DNA of 64,000 nt, from NCBI RefSeq assembly GCF_006345805.1, contig NC_043021.1:22382001-22446000 (forward strand), written 5' to 3'. Within the stretch, counting starts at the first letter, position 1; each line of letters starts with the position of its first letter. The DNA is from Octopus sinensis (Eukaryota). The translations under genes were made by a program, and so were the position numbers. Shown piece by piece: positions 24,107 through 37,805 of this stretch. The notes beneath the pieces are model-generated. The model saw only the letters and a list, made by a program, of their open reading frames with translations. It searched no databases and was not told where the DNA came from.

Positions 24107-26194
24107 CGTCGCACGCCACTTCCGCTCGGCCGGCCATTCCCTAGATGACATCTCAGTGTTTGGTCTCGCCCCCCACAATGGTCGCCCACTTTCCAGGCTC
24201 CACTTGGAGCACGCTACATCTTCACCCTACAAACTACCACCCCACACGGACTTAACACAGCCCCCTCCTCTTGAGATCCCCTTTTTTTTTTTCCCGGATA
24301 CACCACCCACACCCACCCACCCACCTACCTCCACACGCCTGTTCACACACACACATACGTAGACCATATACGTACATACTTCACACATTTAATCACACTA
24401 CTTATAGACATCAGGCACACACAAACATACAACCCACATGCACTACACCACACACATACCTACATACACACACACATACATACTTACACACACACACACA
24501 TACATACACACATACATACGCACATACATACACACCCACTCACACACACACACCGCACGTACATACTTCACACACACACACATGCACACCCTTACACTGA
24601 ATGCACACACACATACACCTTTTTGCATCCAGGCAGCCCCCCCTATTTTCTGCTTTCCGGGTGTGGCTGATGGATCCTTGGTTCCCGCGTAGCGGGGCGT
24701 TCGAGGGCCTTTGCGCTCGCGCGCCTTGGCACGCGCTGGGGGCTTGGTTGGCCCCTAGGCTTGCGTTGTTCTGCTTGCGCGTTGTGTGCGTGAGCGCGCT
24801 TCGTGTGTGTGGGCTTGCTTCGGATGTGCGCGTGCGTATGTATGCATACATACCCACACACTCGCATGCATCCCTACCCACATACATACACGCACACCTA
24901 CTCACACACACACATACACACACACACATACCCACATACACACATACATGCATACACACACACATACCTACTTCAGACATACACACACACAGACATACAG
25001 CCATACACTCACACTCACACGCATACACACCACACACACTACCACACACGCACAACGTACACATACAACACACACACCACACCTACATCAACATTACACT
25101 TGTACACACACACACTTACATTCATACACACACACCTACACAGCCATACCCTCACTCAGACACACACACCTACCTACACACACACACAACAAACACACAC
25201 AACCACACCCATACATACATACATCTACACACACACGCCTACACACATACATACACACATACATAAACACACCACATACACATACACACACATACGCCAC
25301 ACACATATACTTATAAACATGCACACACACATACATACATACACCCATACACATACACACATACCTACATACTCCTATACGCACATACATACACACAGAC
25401 ATACACACATACACACTCACACAACATACACACACACATACTTACACACACTCACCTGCACGCGCACACACATGCATGACAAAACACCCATACACTCACA
25501 CTCACATACGCACACACCAACTAAACACGCACACACGCCCACACACACCTACACTCCCCACACACATACACGCGCACCTACATACACACACGCACGCATA
25601 CACACGCACACACACGCATACACACATACATTACACACGTACACACACACCTACATACACATGCATACACACACACACAAAAACATGCACGGACACACCC
25701 AGACATACATACATACACCTATATACACACGCCCACACACCTACATACACACACATATACACACGCCCACACACCTACATACACACACATACATACACAC
25801 ACATACACGGACACACCCATACATACTTACATACATACACCTATACACACACGACTACACACCTACATACACACATATGCATACACACACATGTACGCAC
25901 ATACACACACATATACGCACATACATATATACTCACACACATGCACACACACACACATAGGCACATGCATGCATGCACACGCGCACACCTACACGCATAC
26001 ACACACACACACGCACGTACACATACATACATACACACACATACATACACCCATACACATACATGCATCCTACACACACATACATACACACTCACACATA
26101 CATACACACACACTCACTCACACACCTGTATGTACGCGCACACACATGCACATACACACACTTCCACACACCCACACGTACATACATACACACT

Positions 26195-26227
<33 letters not shown>

Positions 26228-27209
26228 GGACATACATCTATGCACACACATATATACACACATACTCACATACATTTTATCGGACACACTGACACCCAGA
26301 CATACACACAGACACACTCACACATCCACACACATACACACTTACGCGCATACTCGCAGGCGTGCGCACACACGCGCTTGCGCCGGTTCGCGCACGCATA
26401 CGCGCCGCATGCACCTCGCTCTTGGACCCGACGAGACCTCCCGCTCGTTCCTGGGACCGTCGCTTGTCGTTGGGTTTTCCCACGCCCGTCTCCGCGGGAC
26501 CACTCTTCCATCTCCCCCTCAGCTGGAGTCCTTTTTCCTTAACCCCCCCCTTTTTTGTTACACACACGCGCACACATATACACACATTGCTAATATATAC
26601 ATTACTCTTACACACATTCAATCTACTCGCCATTAATACTACCACGACACTGGACACACACCACACTACTCTCACACAACGAGCTGGCACGCTACATACG
26701 CCCCCACCCCTTCCCCTCCCTCCTTCCTCCTTCCTTCTTTTTCTTACTACTGACCAGTGTCTGCTATGCCTACCACAGTCTCGCCCTACCTCACACGCCT
26801 ACACACAACGCACACACTAACACATACATATATTTTTTTTTTTTTTATCTCGCCTCACACACACACACATACACACACGCACACGCACACACTCACACAT
26901 ACACACACATCTGTTGCGTTACCACACCTTGTCTCCACTCTTTTGCCTTTAAAAACCTACTTTGCTCTTGTTATCGTAAACTTCCGCCCTCGCCTCACCA
27001 TGTGTAACTCGTAAACCACCAGTCGTTTTTTTCTCTATCCCTGTTGCCCGCTTTGGGATCTTTCTTTCCTCTCACTTCCTTCTTATGTTTCCGACGAAGA
27101 GCTCCGCTCGAAACGTCATACCCTCCTGCTTCCATTTCCTGAGCGCCTATTATAATAATACTGTAATTGTTCCATTGTTGTTGGTTTTTTTGTTTTCCCC
27201 CGTTTGGTT

Positions 27210-27214
<5 letters not shown>
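24107..27214 (+). mobile_element. Penelope-like element 3' fragment nested in the SINE's (TA)n tract
   Basis: 24107-24274 gives VARHFRSAGHSLDDISVFGL..RLHLE / YIFTLQTTTPHGLNT (GIY-YIG C-terminus, one frameshift). A ~2.8-kb CA-rich trailer follows, ending in a pLTR-like segment homologous to 39974-40187. Confidence 0.68.
27085..27120 (+). ncRNA. Minimal hammerhead-ribozyme-like motif (variant core)
   Basis: CCGACGA-A-GAGC(TCC)GCTC-GAAAC-GTC: stem II intact, GUC site present, U4 replaced by C, helix I weak. Confidence 0.5.
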
Positions 27215-27248
<34 letters not shown>

Positions 27249-27282
27249 GTGTGTGTGTGTGTGTGTGTATGTGTGTGTGTGT

Positions 27283-27486
27283 ATGTTTGTGTATCTGTGT
27301 TTGCCCCCCTCCCCCAAAATCACTTGACAACTGATGCTGGTGTGTTTACGTCCCTGCAAGTTAGCAGTTTGGCAAAAGAGACCGATAGAATAAGTCCTGT
27401 GGTCGATTTGCTCGACTAAAGGCGGTGCTCCAGCATAGCCGCAGTCAAATGACTGAAACAAGTAAAAAAGAGAAAAGAGTAAGAGT
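27283..27486 (+). mobile_element. SINE family B, 3' half
   Basis: CACTTGACAACTGATGCTGG..GGCGGTGCTCCAGCATAGCCGCAGTCAAATGACTGAAACAAGTAAAA; completes the 23889 copy. Confidence 0.88.
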
Positions 27487-27870
27487 AAATAAGGTAAAAA
27501 TAAGTTACATAATAATCACACGTACAAACCTTCACGCAATTCCATTCTACACGCACGTATATACAGTCACTCTTAATGTCTTATTATCTAACACACTCAC
27601 AGGTTCGATTCTTGTCAATGGATGTTGACCCTGTCCGTTATTGGGAGTCTGTTTCTTTTGTGTGTTTGTTCGCATGAGTGAGGGCCAGCGTGCATGTATG
27701 CTTTTGTATGCACATATGTATGTATACGCATACATATATGATTTGCTTGATAGATAAATAGATAGATAAATCGAACTATAGATAGATATGAAAACCTTGC
27801 TAATAAATACGGAAAGTATAAATATCTATAAAAGCTGAGGTAGCTTTCGACAAATACAGAGGAACATGTA

Positions 27871-28258
27871 CCTCTGTGTGAAAGGTCTTACTGCATCCGA
27901 AAAAATATATATTATGAAACAAAAATAAGCACAAAATTTATTACACGGATCTGTTACCACCACGACAGTCAACTATTTGACGCCGAACAGGAGTTTTATG
28001 TTGAATACATCCACGAATTTTCTGCACAGATAGCTCTTCCCAAGACTGCAAGACGGCTTCGTGCAATTCATGCCTCGTTGTAGAGTTTTTCAGTTCAACT
28101 TTATCGGCCAGAACTTTGAAAATGCCTTCATCTAACGGATTCCACGTGTAAACATGCGTTGAACAGAACTCACTGAATAAATCTTAATTAACTGTGTTTT
28201 GAAATGTATGCGCATGACATATGCTAACGTGTATGCAGCCAGATTTTTCACACAGAGG
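27871..28258 (-). mobile_element. Internally deleted Tc1/mariner-superfamily element
   Basis: Imperfect TIRs (TA-CCTCTGTGTGAAA.. / ..TTTCACACAGAGG). Minus frame WNPLDEGIFKVLADKV..ELHEAVLQSWEELSVQKIRGCI..IVDCRG* matches a transposase C-terminus. Confidence 0.75.
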
Positions 28259-29371
28259 ATACATAGTTAGAGAGACACATGGGCTTATATATTGACATAT
28301 ATAACACAAGTGCGTGGGAGACTAAGAGATTTAGGTGTATAAATACAGAATACGAATTTTGAACCTGCCACTGGGAATTTGTTTACAAATCTGAGTGCGA
28401 TGATGGATGCTTTCAGTGTTAGACAGTGCTTATAGGGGTATTGGATCTGTGAAATGGATTTATATAGATCCTGGCACTTTGTAAAAATCACTTCGGACCG
28501 AAACCAAAATTGGTTGGACACACTTTAGAGAGGAGATTATTTCAAGGACAACTTCGAGCGAAACATCTCCTTTCATGCTCGGAATACGTATGATATATGT
28601 AAAAACATGAATATAAGGTTTGAAATTTTATAGATAAAAAGAGACCAAACCATATTATACTGACCAACAAAATATATTTATCATATCTAGAATTTAGAAT
28701 TTCAGAAATACTGTATATGCTTCACGCCTCCACTAATCGTGAGAATATCGGAGGCATGAAATACAGAATTCCAAAATATGAATTTCCGGCGTTAACAACT
28801 ATACTCTGTTTATTCGGATATATTTCCATATCTTACTTCTTTTTCTTTTTGTCGTTATATTTATTAATATTGTTTATATAAACTCACTGTTCACTGAATA
28901 ATAAATGTTCTGTCAAGAATAAATATATATCACGTACTATTAAGCTTCCAGAATTATGTTTTTTATATTATTTATATATTATTTTTTGAATTATATGCAT
29001 ATATGCTTGATGTATATTGCAATATATTTAAACTAAAAATATATACATTACTACAAATAAATTTCATCTAATTTTGGCCACCGAATGCAAGTTGTGAACT
29101 TTCGCATCAACTATTTTTTATTGTTTCAAACTTAACTTTATCACAATGTACATGTATGCTTAGGTACTGCAATTGGTTTTTGCTTAATATATTAATATCA
29201 GAGTGTTAGTATACTACCGTCACTGTGAATATAATGTGACATTCAGCGGTGTATCAAACATATTTTAATATATTGATATTTTGAAATATATACGTAGTTG
29301 TTATACACGAATGTCTATGCGCGTGAGTATGTGTAATTTGCTTTACATCTACATATATGTACATGCGTATA

Positions 29372-29449
<78 letters not shown>

Positions 29450-29532
29450 TATATACATATATGGATGTAAACACATTCGTATATACGCGTTATTTACTTA
29501 TATGTTATATGGAAAGACGCATATGTGTATAT

Positions 29533-29564
<32 letters not shown>

Positions 29565-30289
29565 TCATACATATATAAATATATGAACACACAAAGACTG
29601 AACTTTGTATACATTTCATAACATACCTGTCAAGATTGTAATTTCAAAAATATATTTTAAATTGTCACCGTATCACTGTATAAACATATTCTTAGTTTAC
29701 TTTCTTTGTAGTAAAACTCTTATTGATTGAAGATACCTTATTGTAACAGCGGAAGCCAAGAGATTCGATTAGCAATTCGGTCCCATATTCGATGTGTTAA
29801 TCACAGTATCACACCGCTAGATTGTGTATGTATGTGAAACTCACATAGATCATAACTCCGTCAATATGCTAAATTCTTCTATTCCTGTCCCGGTTCAAGG
29901 ACAACCCAACCGAATGTGCAGTTTTATTTTATTCACTTTAAACGAAAATTTTCCATTGTTTTAGTAGCCCGAGTGACTAAAGACAAAATATAACTTTAGC
30001 ATTGTTTCGGAGGAAAAGTGGGTCGCTGCGTGCTATACGTCAATAATTCTTTTAGTAATTCCGTCGCCATTTTGATTGTTTGATTGTCTCAACAATCTTT
30101 CACTGTCGGATCTATTTTTCACAGATGACAGAATTATTTAACCCTCCTTCGCTTTATAACTGAATATTTTCAGACCAGATATCTCGTTTTACGTCTATGT
30201 ACTTAGAATATATTTGTTTCCTTTTATATGTATATTATAAGATACTGTAATGTATCATATATCTTATTTGTCCTGGGTGTGGCTTTAAA

Positions 30290-30900
30290 CCCCATCCTGT
30301 TGTGTCGTCCTGATTCAGAGATTCTGGCATTTTGAAATGTATGGAACCGCCTGTTATCCCCTATTGTTACCAAGTTTAATCAAACCGAGAGTAATAGCAT
30401 CTGTCAGGGTCCCAGATAGGGGTTACGTAGCATGTTAGTACCCTGACTACGGAAACGTTATAATCGGTGTATGCAGTATGATGGCTGTATAATATTTTCG
30501 AAAGTGAAACTAGCGTCTGATATCGCCATATGACGAGCAAATGAATATAAAACAAATGGTCAACTGCCAGGAACTACTAGTTTAGTTAGTGAGCTACTGT
30601 TATCATCATCTGTAGCCGTGGCGTGGGCAGACTAGATATCTCATCTTGCGATAAAAGACTGTAACAAAAACCCGTTAGACGTCCATGTTGCTTTACTCGA
30701 TTTGAACATCTTGTCGTTCAAATTTCCATTGGTTCGGACAGCTTACCAAACTGGATCATGGATGATAATGTATTATATATGTTCAAGCTCAAAATTGTTG
30801 AAGCATTGAGTCACCTCTACACCACGTTTCTTACAGTCTATCTTAAAACTTCCCTTCTTCCCAAAATCCCCCAGTACAGATTCTGCTGTGGATGAGCACA
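30290..30900 (-). pseudogene. Possible decayed tandem Ig-like coding segment
   Basis: One frame reads GKKGSFKIDC..PVW..TSNGFLLQ..D..A.A..SSSLTKLVV..PF, then TFQNARISESGR; several stops; by eye only. Confidence 0.27.
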
Positions 30901-31089
30901 CATTGGGTTTTATAGTTCATTCGATTTTCATTTGTCTGTATTTTCCGAGTACTATGCATGCATTTTTCTTGCTCTTCTTGCTTTGGCGATTTCTGTCTCT
31001 TCTCTGCCCCATTATTGAAGCGTTTGTAGAGTTTGTGAGAACCGTATGCAATAAACTAAATACTCTCATTAGTATATTAATTTATATCT

Positions 31090-31277
31090 GTGTAAGCAGA
31101 AACATTAATATGCCTGGCAAAATTCTCAGCGGTGTTTCGTCTGTCGTTATGGTTTGAGTTCAAATTCCGCCGAGGTCGAATTTGCCTTTCGGGGTCGATA
31201 GATTAAGTACCAGGCGTCGATTTAATCGACTGGCCCCCTTCCCTAAAATTTCGGGCCTTGTGCCTAAAGTAGAAAAG
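31090..31277 (+). mobile_element. SINE family C (short-tail type), with small deletions
   Basis: GAGTTCAAATTCCGCCGAGGTCGAATTTGCC..GGGGTCGATAG..AAAATTTCGGGCCTTGTGCCTAAAGTAGAAA. Confidence 0.75.
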
Positions 31278-32290
31278 CATAAACATCTGTGTACAATATT
31301 TTTACAAATAAGATAGTTTGAAGAGGAATGCAAAATAGGACACTTTTGGTTATAAAATTCTCCCATTCATTCTTTTATATATTTTTGTACTTCTCTCGGG
31401 AACATTTATGCCTAAAACATGTGCGAAACCTCAGAGAATACAAGATTCTACGAGAATTTTCTGGGAGAATTGTTAGTTTAGTGTTATAAACAATCCCTTG
31501 TCCACGACAGGGCTTGATTACCATTAATTAAAATTTATGAAAGAGGATTAATATTATTATATAATCACTGGTTTTCATAGAGTCATTGCAAATCACCATC
31601 TCATTTGCATTTTGCTTGCCTTCTAAATAATGGTTATAAATCATGGAGGTGAAAGGGATGCGATGAAAAAAATTATGTAATGAATTAGTGAATGTTTGAT
31701 ACAGAGCTAATGAAATCCAGTCGCATGCATTGTCCTCATGTACGGGCATCGACTACATAGGCTGTAGACAATATTATCCTTTTGGTTCTTATTTCAGATT
31801 GGGACATAATGTATCGAGTGAATTTCACGATTTCTCATAAAGAAACATAACATAGCACATCGGTTAACATAAATGCAGTCACAGTGGTATGCTGGAAGGT
31901 ATGTGTGCGACTTATGTGCGGAAGTGCGGGCTTCTGCAGAGCGTGTATCGAGGAAGTTGTTTAACATAGGGTCAAGACATAAAAGCTTAACCTGGGTACC
32001 TTGCACCTATGTTTCCTCTGAAAGGTGTCCTACTGCGAGCACAGGTTTCACACCTCTTGCATACTATGGATCTCAGTACTTCACTGGTACACTATTTTAT
32101 TGATTCGAGAGGACTGAGGGGGTAAAATGACCTCTGTAGTATTCAGGATTTAAGTGAAAGAGCTAAAACAAATAATGCGATGTTTATACCCTTTGTTGTA
32201 TTCGCTGCATCGACTTACTAATAACAATATTGATAATAGAAAATTACTATTTGTAAATCACTCAACGAGAGATATTCAACAACAGCACTC

Positions 32291-32536
32291 TAGAGTAAAG
32301 ATTATTTGCCAACACCATGGCACTCCTGGTGTAGGACGAACATTGCTATAATTTAGCCCCAGGACACATCATCTCCAGCTGGCTATACGACACGATCATG
32401 TCTTGTTCGAAAATATAAGGACACAGATCGTGTCGTATAGCCAGCTAGAGAATATATCACCTGGGGCTGAATTACAGCAACATTCGTCCTAAGCCAGGAA
32501 TGCCATGTTATGTTGGCAAATAATCTTTTATCTGTA
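32291..32536. mobile_element. Foldback MITE (~105-bp TIRs)
   Basis: Arms aaagattatttgccaac..agccccagg..agctggctatacgacacgatc are reverse-complementary around a ~30-bp spacer; right end CTG-TA suggests Tc1/mariner type. Confidence 0.8.
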
Positions 32537-33257
32537 TTAGTAATGTTATGATTTATTTACTCCGTCCCAGCTTTGTAATTCGCATATAATTTGGAGGCAA
32601 TAAAAAAGTAAGACTTCTATAATTTTTATATACTATCGGTGTTAGAATGTGAGTGTTTGAGTTATAAATTATGCCCTTTCGAAGCATTTTTTTTACAACT
32701 TTCTATGATTTATGAATATAGCTAAACTAGTATTAACAATATTGTTTAAAATCTTGGTAAAAGGTTTACAATTTTAAGAGGGGGAGTTAGTAGATTACAT
32801 ATATTACAGTATTCAACTGGTACATATTTTAGCTGACCCCCAAATAGATGATATGCGAATCCCACTACAGTGCCATTTGAACTCAGAACGTAAAGCGGGT
32901 AATGGAAATAGTGTTGAGGTGCGGACGACAGACGGGTAGACGGACTGATGAAGAGACGAACAGCAAGGCGAGCAGTCAGGGAGTTGATATTTTCGTAAAT
33001 AGTAGTGTAATAGTCCAAGAGAAAATCTCAAATATGAAGACAAAAACAGCCAGGCCCCAAAATATCACGTGAAATGCACAAGGATTCGGAAACAGTGACG
33101 ATATTGAACGTGTACAATAATAAACACACTTAGCCTTTATATATAAAACATGCATATATATATATATGTGTGTGTGTGTGTCTGTAGATAGATAGATAGA
33201 TAGATAGCTAGGTAAATAAATTAATATACATACATATATCCGTATGTATATATATAT

Positions 33258-33307
<50 letters not shown>

Positions 33308-35442
33308 TTGAGAGATTAGACTTACATGGAGTACAAAAGATACGGAAAACTAAGCAAAGAGGATAGAATATTTGGAGGCTCGACAGTTCTTCTGGGCCTC
33401 TGTTTATATGCCTCCTCTACTGACTGCATATTCCTGACTCTTTGCACACTCCATGTGCCACCATTACAAATATAGGGAGCTAGACAGATAGATCACAACG
33501 TCTTCTCACGAATACCATCTACCATATCTGCTCACAAGTCTTCGGACAACACTGTTTTGTCGGAATAGTAATGTTGCCCAAGGCAACAGTACAGTAGATT
33601 CGAATAAGGAAACGTGGTGTTGCATATGCAGACTACATACCACACAGCCACACTCGCACCCCAGATAGTTAGGATTTTTTTTTTTACTGTGAAGGCAATG
33701 CATCATCAGGACCATTGAACAAATTATGATGGATAATGATGAGATTTAAATGTCATTTTCTAAGTATTCAGCAACAAGTTTTCAAATCTTTAACCTCTAA
33801 ATATAGTGCATTTATTTTTGGCAACCTTCGTGCATAGAAGATTTCAAGACAGAGGCACTCAACATAAAAACTAAAAGCACGTTCAAACTACAGAATTTTA
33901 AAAAAAATACATTTGTTCGAATTAAACTTTCTTCGTTGTGTGTTTATGGAAATAAATGGATTTATTTTACATTGTTAAGCACGTTCCTCATTGTTACTAG
34001 TTAAATAAAACATTTGAAAATCCGGAACAAAATGCGACTGCAACATGCTAACATTATGATATATGCCTATATGCTTTTCTTTAATATGTTTTCTCGAGAT
34101 TTATTTGTATTCAAAATATTTGAGGGGCTCATAGATTTTATGCTATGACACATACACATAATGTTCCGTTCATATGGATAATTAAGAGTTATGGCTTACG
34201 TAGATATCAAATAATTCCGGGAAAAAATATGAAAAGCGTGATGCGAACTAACTATAGGACATATATGGAAAAATATGGAAGTAGACAAAGAAACCCAATG
34301 AACATACAGGCAAACGTGCATACACTCACATATACATTTATATACCTACACACGTACACAAACACATATACACATATAAAAAATACAATACACATACGCA
34401 TATATGTATATATATATATATGCACAAGCATATATAGATACATATATAGTTTGTGTATATATACGTTTTCATATACACACCCGAAAAACACACATACTTG
34501 CATACATACATATGTAAACACACGCAAACATGCACACCTATACACATATTTCCAAATTGATTATTCTTGTCGTATATTGTTATAAACGATTTATTTTCTT
34601 TACAAAATTTCAAGAATATGTTTGAAAAACGAAATCAATACAGCCATGATTAATCACGATGCTTGTTTCCTGTTGGGGAAGCTTTACAAAAGTTTTCACT
34701 TGTACTTGTTAAAATCTTTTCTACAGTAGCTCTGTGTGTCCATATTGTTTTCTATTTCTCGTGGGATTATGTTTCAAGAACTAAATGGAATATTTTAAAA
34801 AATTAGTTTCTTTCTCTTTTGGCTATTTTAGACGATTTGTTTCCCCAAGAGAATTTTCTTCATTCTGCAGATGATGTTTCTTTGAAGGTCCCTAAACATT
34901 TTCAAGTGGACATGTGTAATTTACGCTATATATCTTGTATTATTGATACGAACAATTTTCGATTATATCGTTGTCTTACATCAAGAATGGCACAAGCCGG
35001 TTTACCTTATAAATTACATTCCAGATTAATATTTATTCAGATTTATTGGAACTCATTATGAATATAGCCGGAATGATCTTCATGGGAATGCTGAGTAACA
35101 TGTTCTGGGTGAAGCGAATTTTTCCATAGACTGAGGTGAGCACTGAGCATTTGGTCATTGAGAGCAATAGACATCAATGTGTAATTTTGCTCTTCCGTTT
35201 CTCGCTCAAGTATAGAACAATGGACATGCTACCATTGGGCTCCGTTCCACTTCAGAATATCCTAGACAAAGATTCTTTACTAATGCCTTGGGCCAATTAA
35301 AGTTTTATATGCGGAGGAGAGAATTCGGCAAACGGAATCTGATAAACCCTGTCGTGTGGAAACATGTGTGTGCCTGAGCGTGAGAGTGTGTGCATGAATA
35401 TATGAGTTATGTATATACGAGTATATGTATATGGGTATATAT

Positions 35443-35506
35443 GATAATAATAATAATGCAAATAATAATAATAATAATAATAGTAATAATAATAATAATA
35501 ATAATA

Positions 35507-35542
<36 letters not shown>

Positions 35543-35560
35543 GTAATACTAATAATAATA
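35443..35560. repeat. (AAT)n microsatellite
   Basis: Read directly. Confidence 0.95.
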
Positions 35561-37206
35561 TGAAGTTGATGATGAATATTAGTAATTCTAATAACGGTTA
35601 TTATAGTACTAATATTTATGTTAATTGCACGCTGTAAAACCTACCTGTAACCCGGGTCAACGCATTTGGTGTCGATACTTCTGGTGTCAGAAAATATTTC
35701 TGGTGACAGAAGAAGTACTGAAAAAGTTTCAAATCTTCTGTCATTGATTCATCTAACATCAACGTTTCTGATATGGAAATGTTGTCTAATATTCTGATAT
35801 ATAATCATCTTGAGTCAAATGGTCTTGTAGAGACAACTCCGTTGACCAATACTTTTCTATACAGTCGTCTAGTGTTATACAATCTTATTCTTATTTATAT
35901 GAGATCGATGCAATTTGGGAATAACTAAATCCGTGTTACCAAAATCTCGAGACATCTCAACGTCCACTTCAGAACTATTCTTCTACAGCTGGTTCTATAG
36001 AAATTCTAGTGGTATGTAAGACCCAAAATCTGCACGAATCATAACTTAGTCTTCGGAATCAGTGTTTTGTAGCTCATTATTTAGATGTTACAACACTGTC
36101 TAACATTGATGAATATTGCTTTAATGCTATGATAAAAAAAAAAAAACGTAGCTGTTATGGTGTCTAAAATTTCTGATAATAGCCTTTATATACCTAAGGA
36201 TACTAGCGGTGAAACATTTGATAAGCACAATGCTTTAGGTAAAAACCCTTCCTCAGAAACTAATTTCTAAGGAGTGTTTCGGCGAATATTGGCAGTATTT
36301 TCCCGAAAACATATTTGTAAACTTGTTGCTTTGACATTAAAAAAAATATGTACGAATTGATGGCATCGTGAGAGGGAATTTATTAGAGAATATAGAAGTA
36401 GACGTGAGATTAGGCTCTGTGTCAACAAATACCATTGCTACGGTTGCAACCACAATGTTGAATTGGAGATTTCTTAATTTGCTTACAATGATATAGAAAT
36501 ATATATTTCTCGATTGGATGCAGAAAAGGCATTTAGCATCGCAGATTACGTTGTGAAGTACCAGAATATGCTTCATATGCTTAATAATATTACACAGAAG
36601 TGCATGCTTTCTTTCGATTTTATATTATAAAAAAAATGCCGTGAAGATAAGCTTTGTTGATAGCAAAGCCCCCAAACACAGATGAAAGCAGTGAATAAAA
36701 TATTGGCATCTCCTCTGCAAAGAGGGATGAATGGTTCACTTAGGTACAAGGTAAAGATGACAAAGCTGTGTGGCGTCTTCAAGGGGACCAGTGTATAAAG
36801 CAAAAGATTTTGTGAAGAGTGGAGGTAATGCTACAACATCTATAATACAATAAAAAAATGTATCATAATTTTCATTCGAGTTTATACTCTACAAAAAAAC
36901 CTAAGATTATGGGTTTTCTTTTTCTACGAACTCAGAGTTTGTGAGAAAAACCTTTCTTCAGATAGACGCTTATGTATGAATTCTTCTTGTGGTGAACGTC
37001 TGTAAGAGTTTCATCCTTCTTTAATTAATTTATAGGTGTGAACGTATGCATACATACACACATGCATAGATACATACATATACATGCAGACGGACATACA
37101 TATCCACACATATATATACATACATATATGTGTGTCTCTCTGCCCGTCTCTCTGTATATGTATGTATGTATGCATGTTGTATGTATGAATATATATATAT
37201 ATATAT

Positions 37207-37274
<68 letters not shown>

Positions 37275-37748
37275 CAAAATACGTAAGAAGGGTATCCAAG
37301 ATAGTGCAGTACAATCGTTTCATGCTACTTAATTTTATTAAACACTGTAAGTATTACATCAGTTTTCAAATGTCGGGCAATCTTCAGCCACATATAGAAG
37401 TTTTTAATTAAATGGACAATCCACATTTTATACTTATTCATCTGAATCTAAATTTTGCTGAACTTATATATATACAATACATATATGTATAAATGATATA
37501 TATATATATAATATATATATATATATACCTAGAAATATGTATGTATCTCTCTCTATGTCTATGTCTCTGTGTGTATATATGCATGCAAGGACTCTCGTGT
37601 ATATACAGCCATCACACTATGTGAATAATGCTGATTTATGAAGTGAACTATAGTCAGAGATGACAGTCCGGATGAATACGTATATCCAATCGTATGCAGA
37701 GTCACTAATGTGCCTGCATGTACATGTCTGTATGTATGTATACATACC

Positions 37749-37805
<57 letters not shown>

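Noticed and set aside
24540-26636. Long His/Thr-rich ORFs up to 386 aa
   Set aside because: Degenerate (CA)n lacks stop codons by composition and is open in several frames at once.
28330-28520. Cys-rich EGF-like reading (ECDDGCFQC)
   Set aside because: Multiple stops and inconsistent Cys spacing.
35640-36570. Complex sequence with a minus-strand donor (CAG|gtaggt) and protein-like patches
   Set aside because: No consistent frame or domain pattern could be supported.
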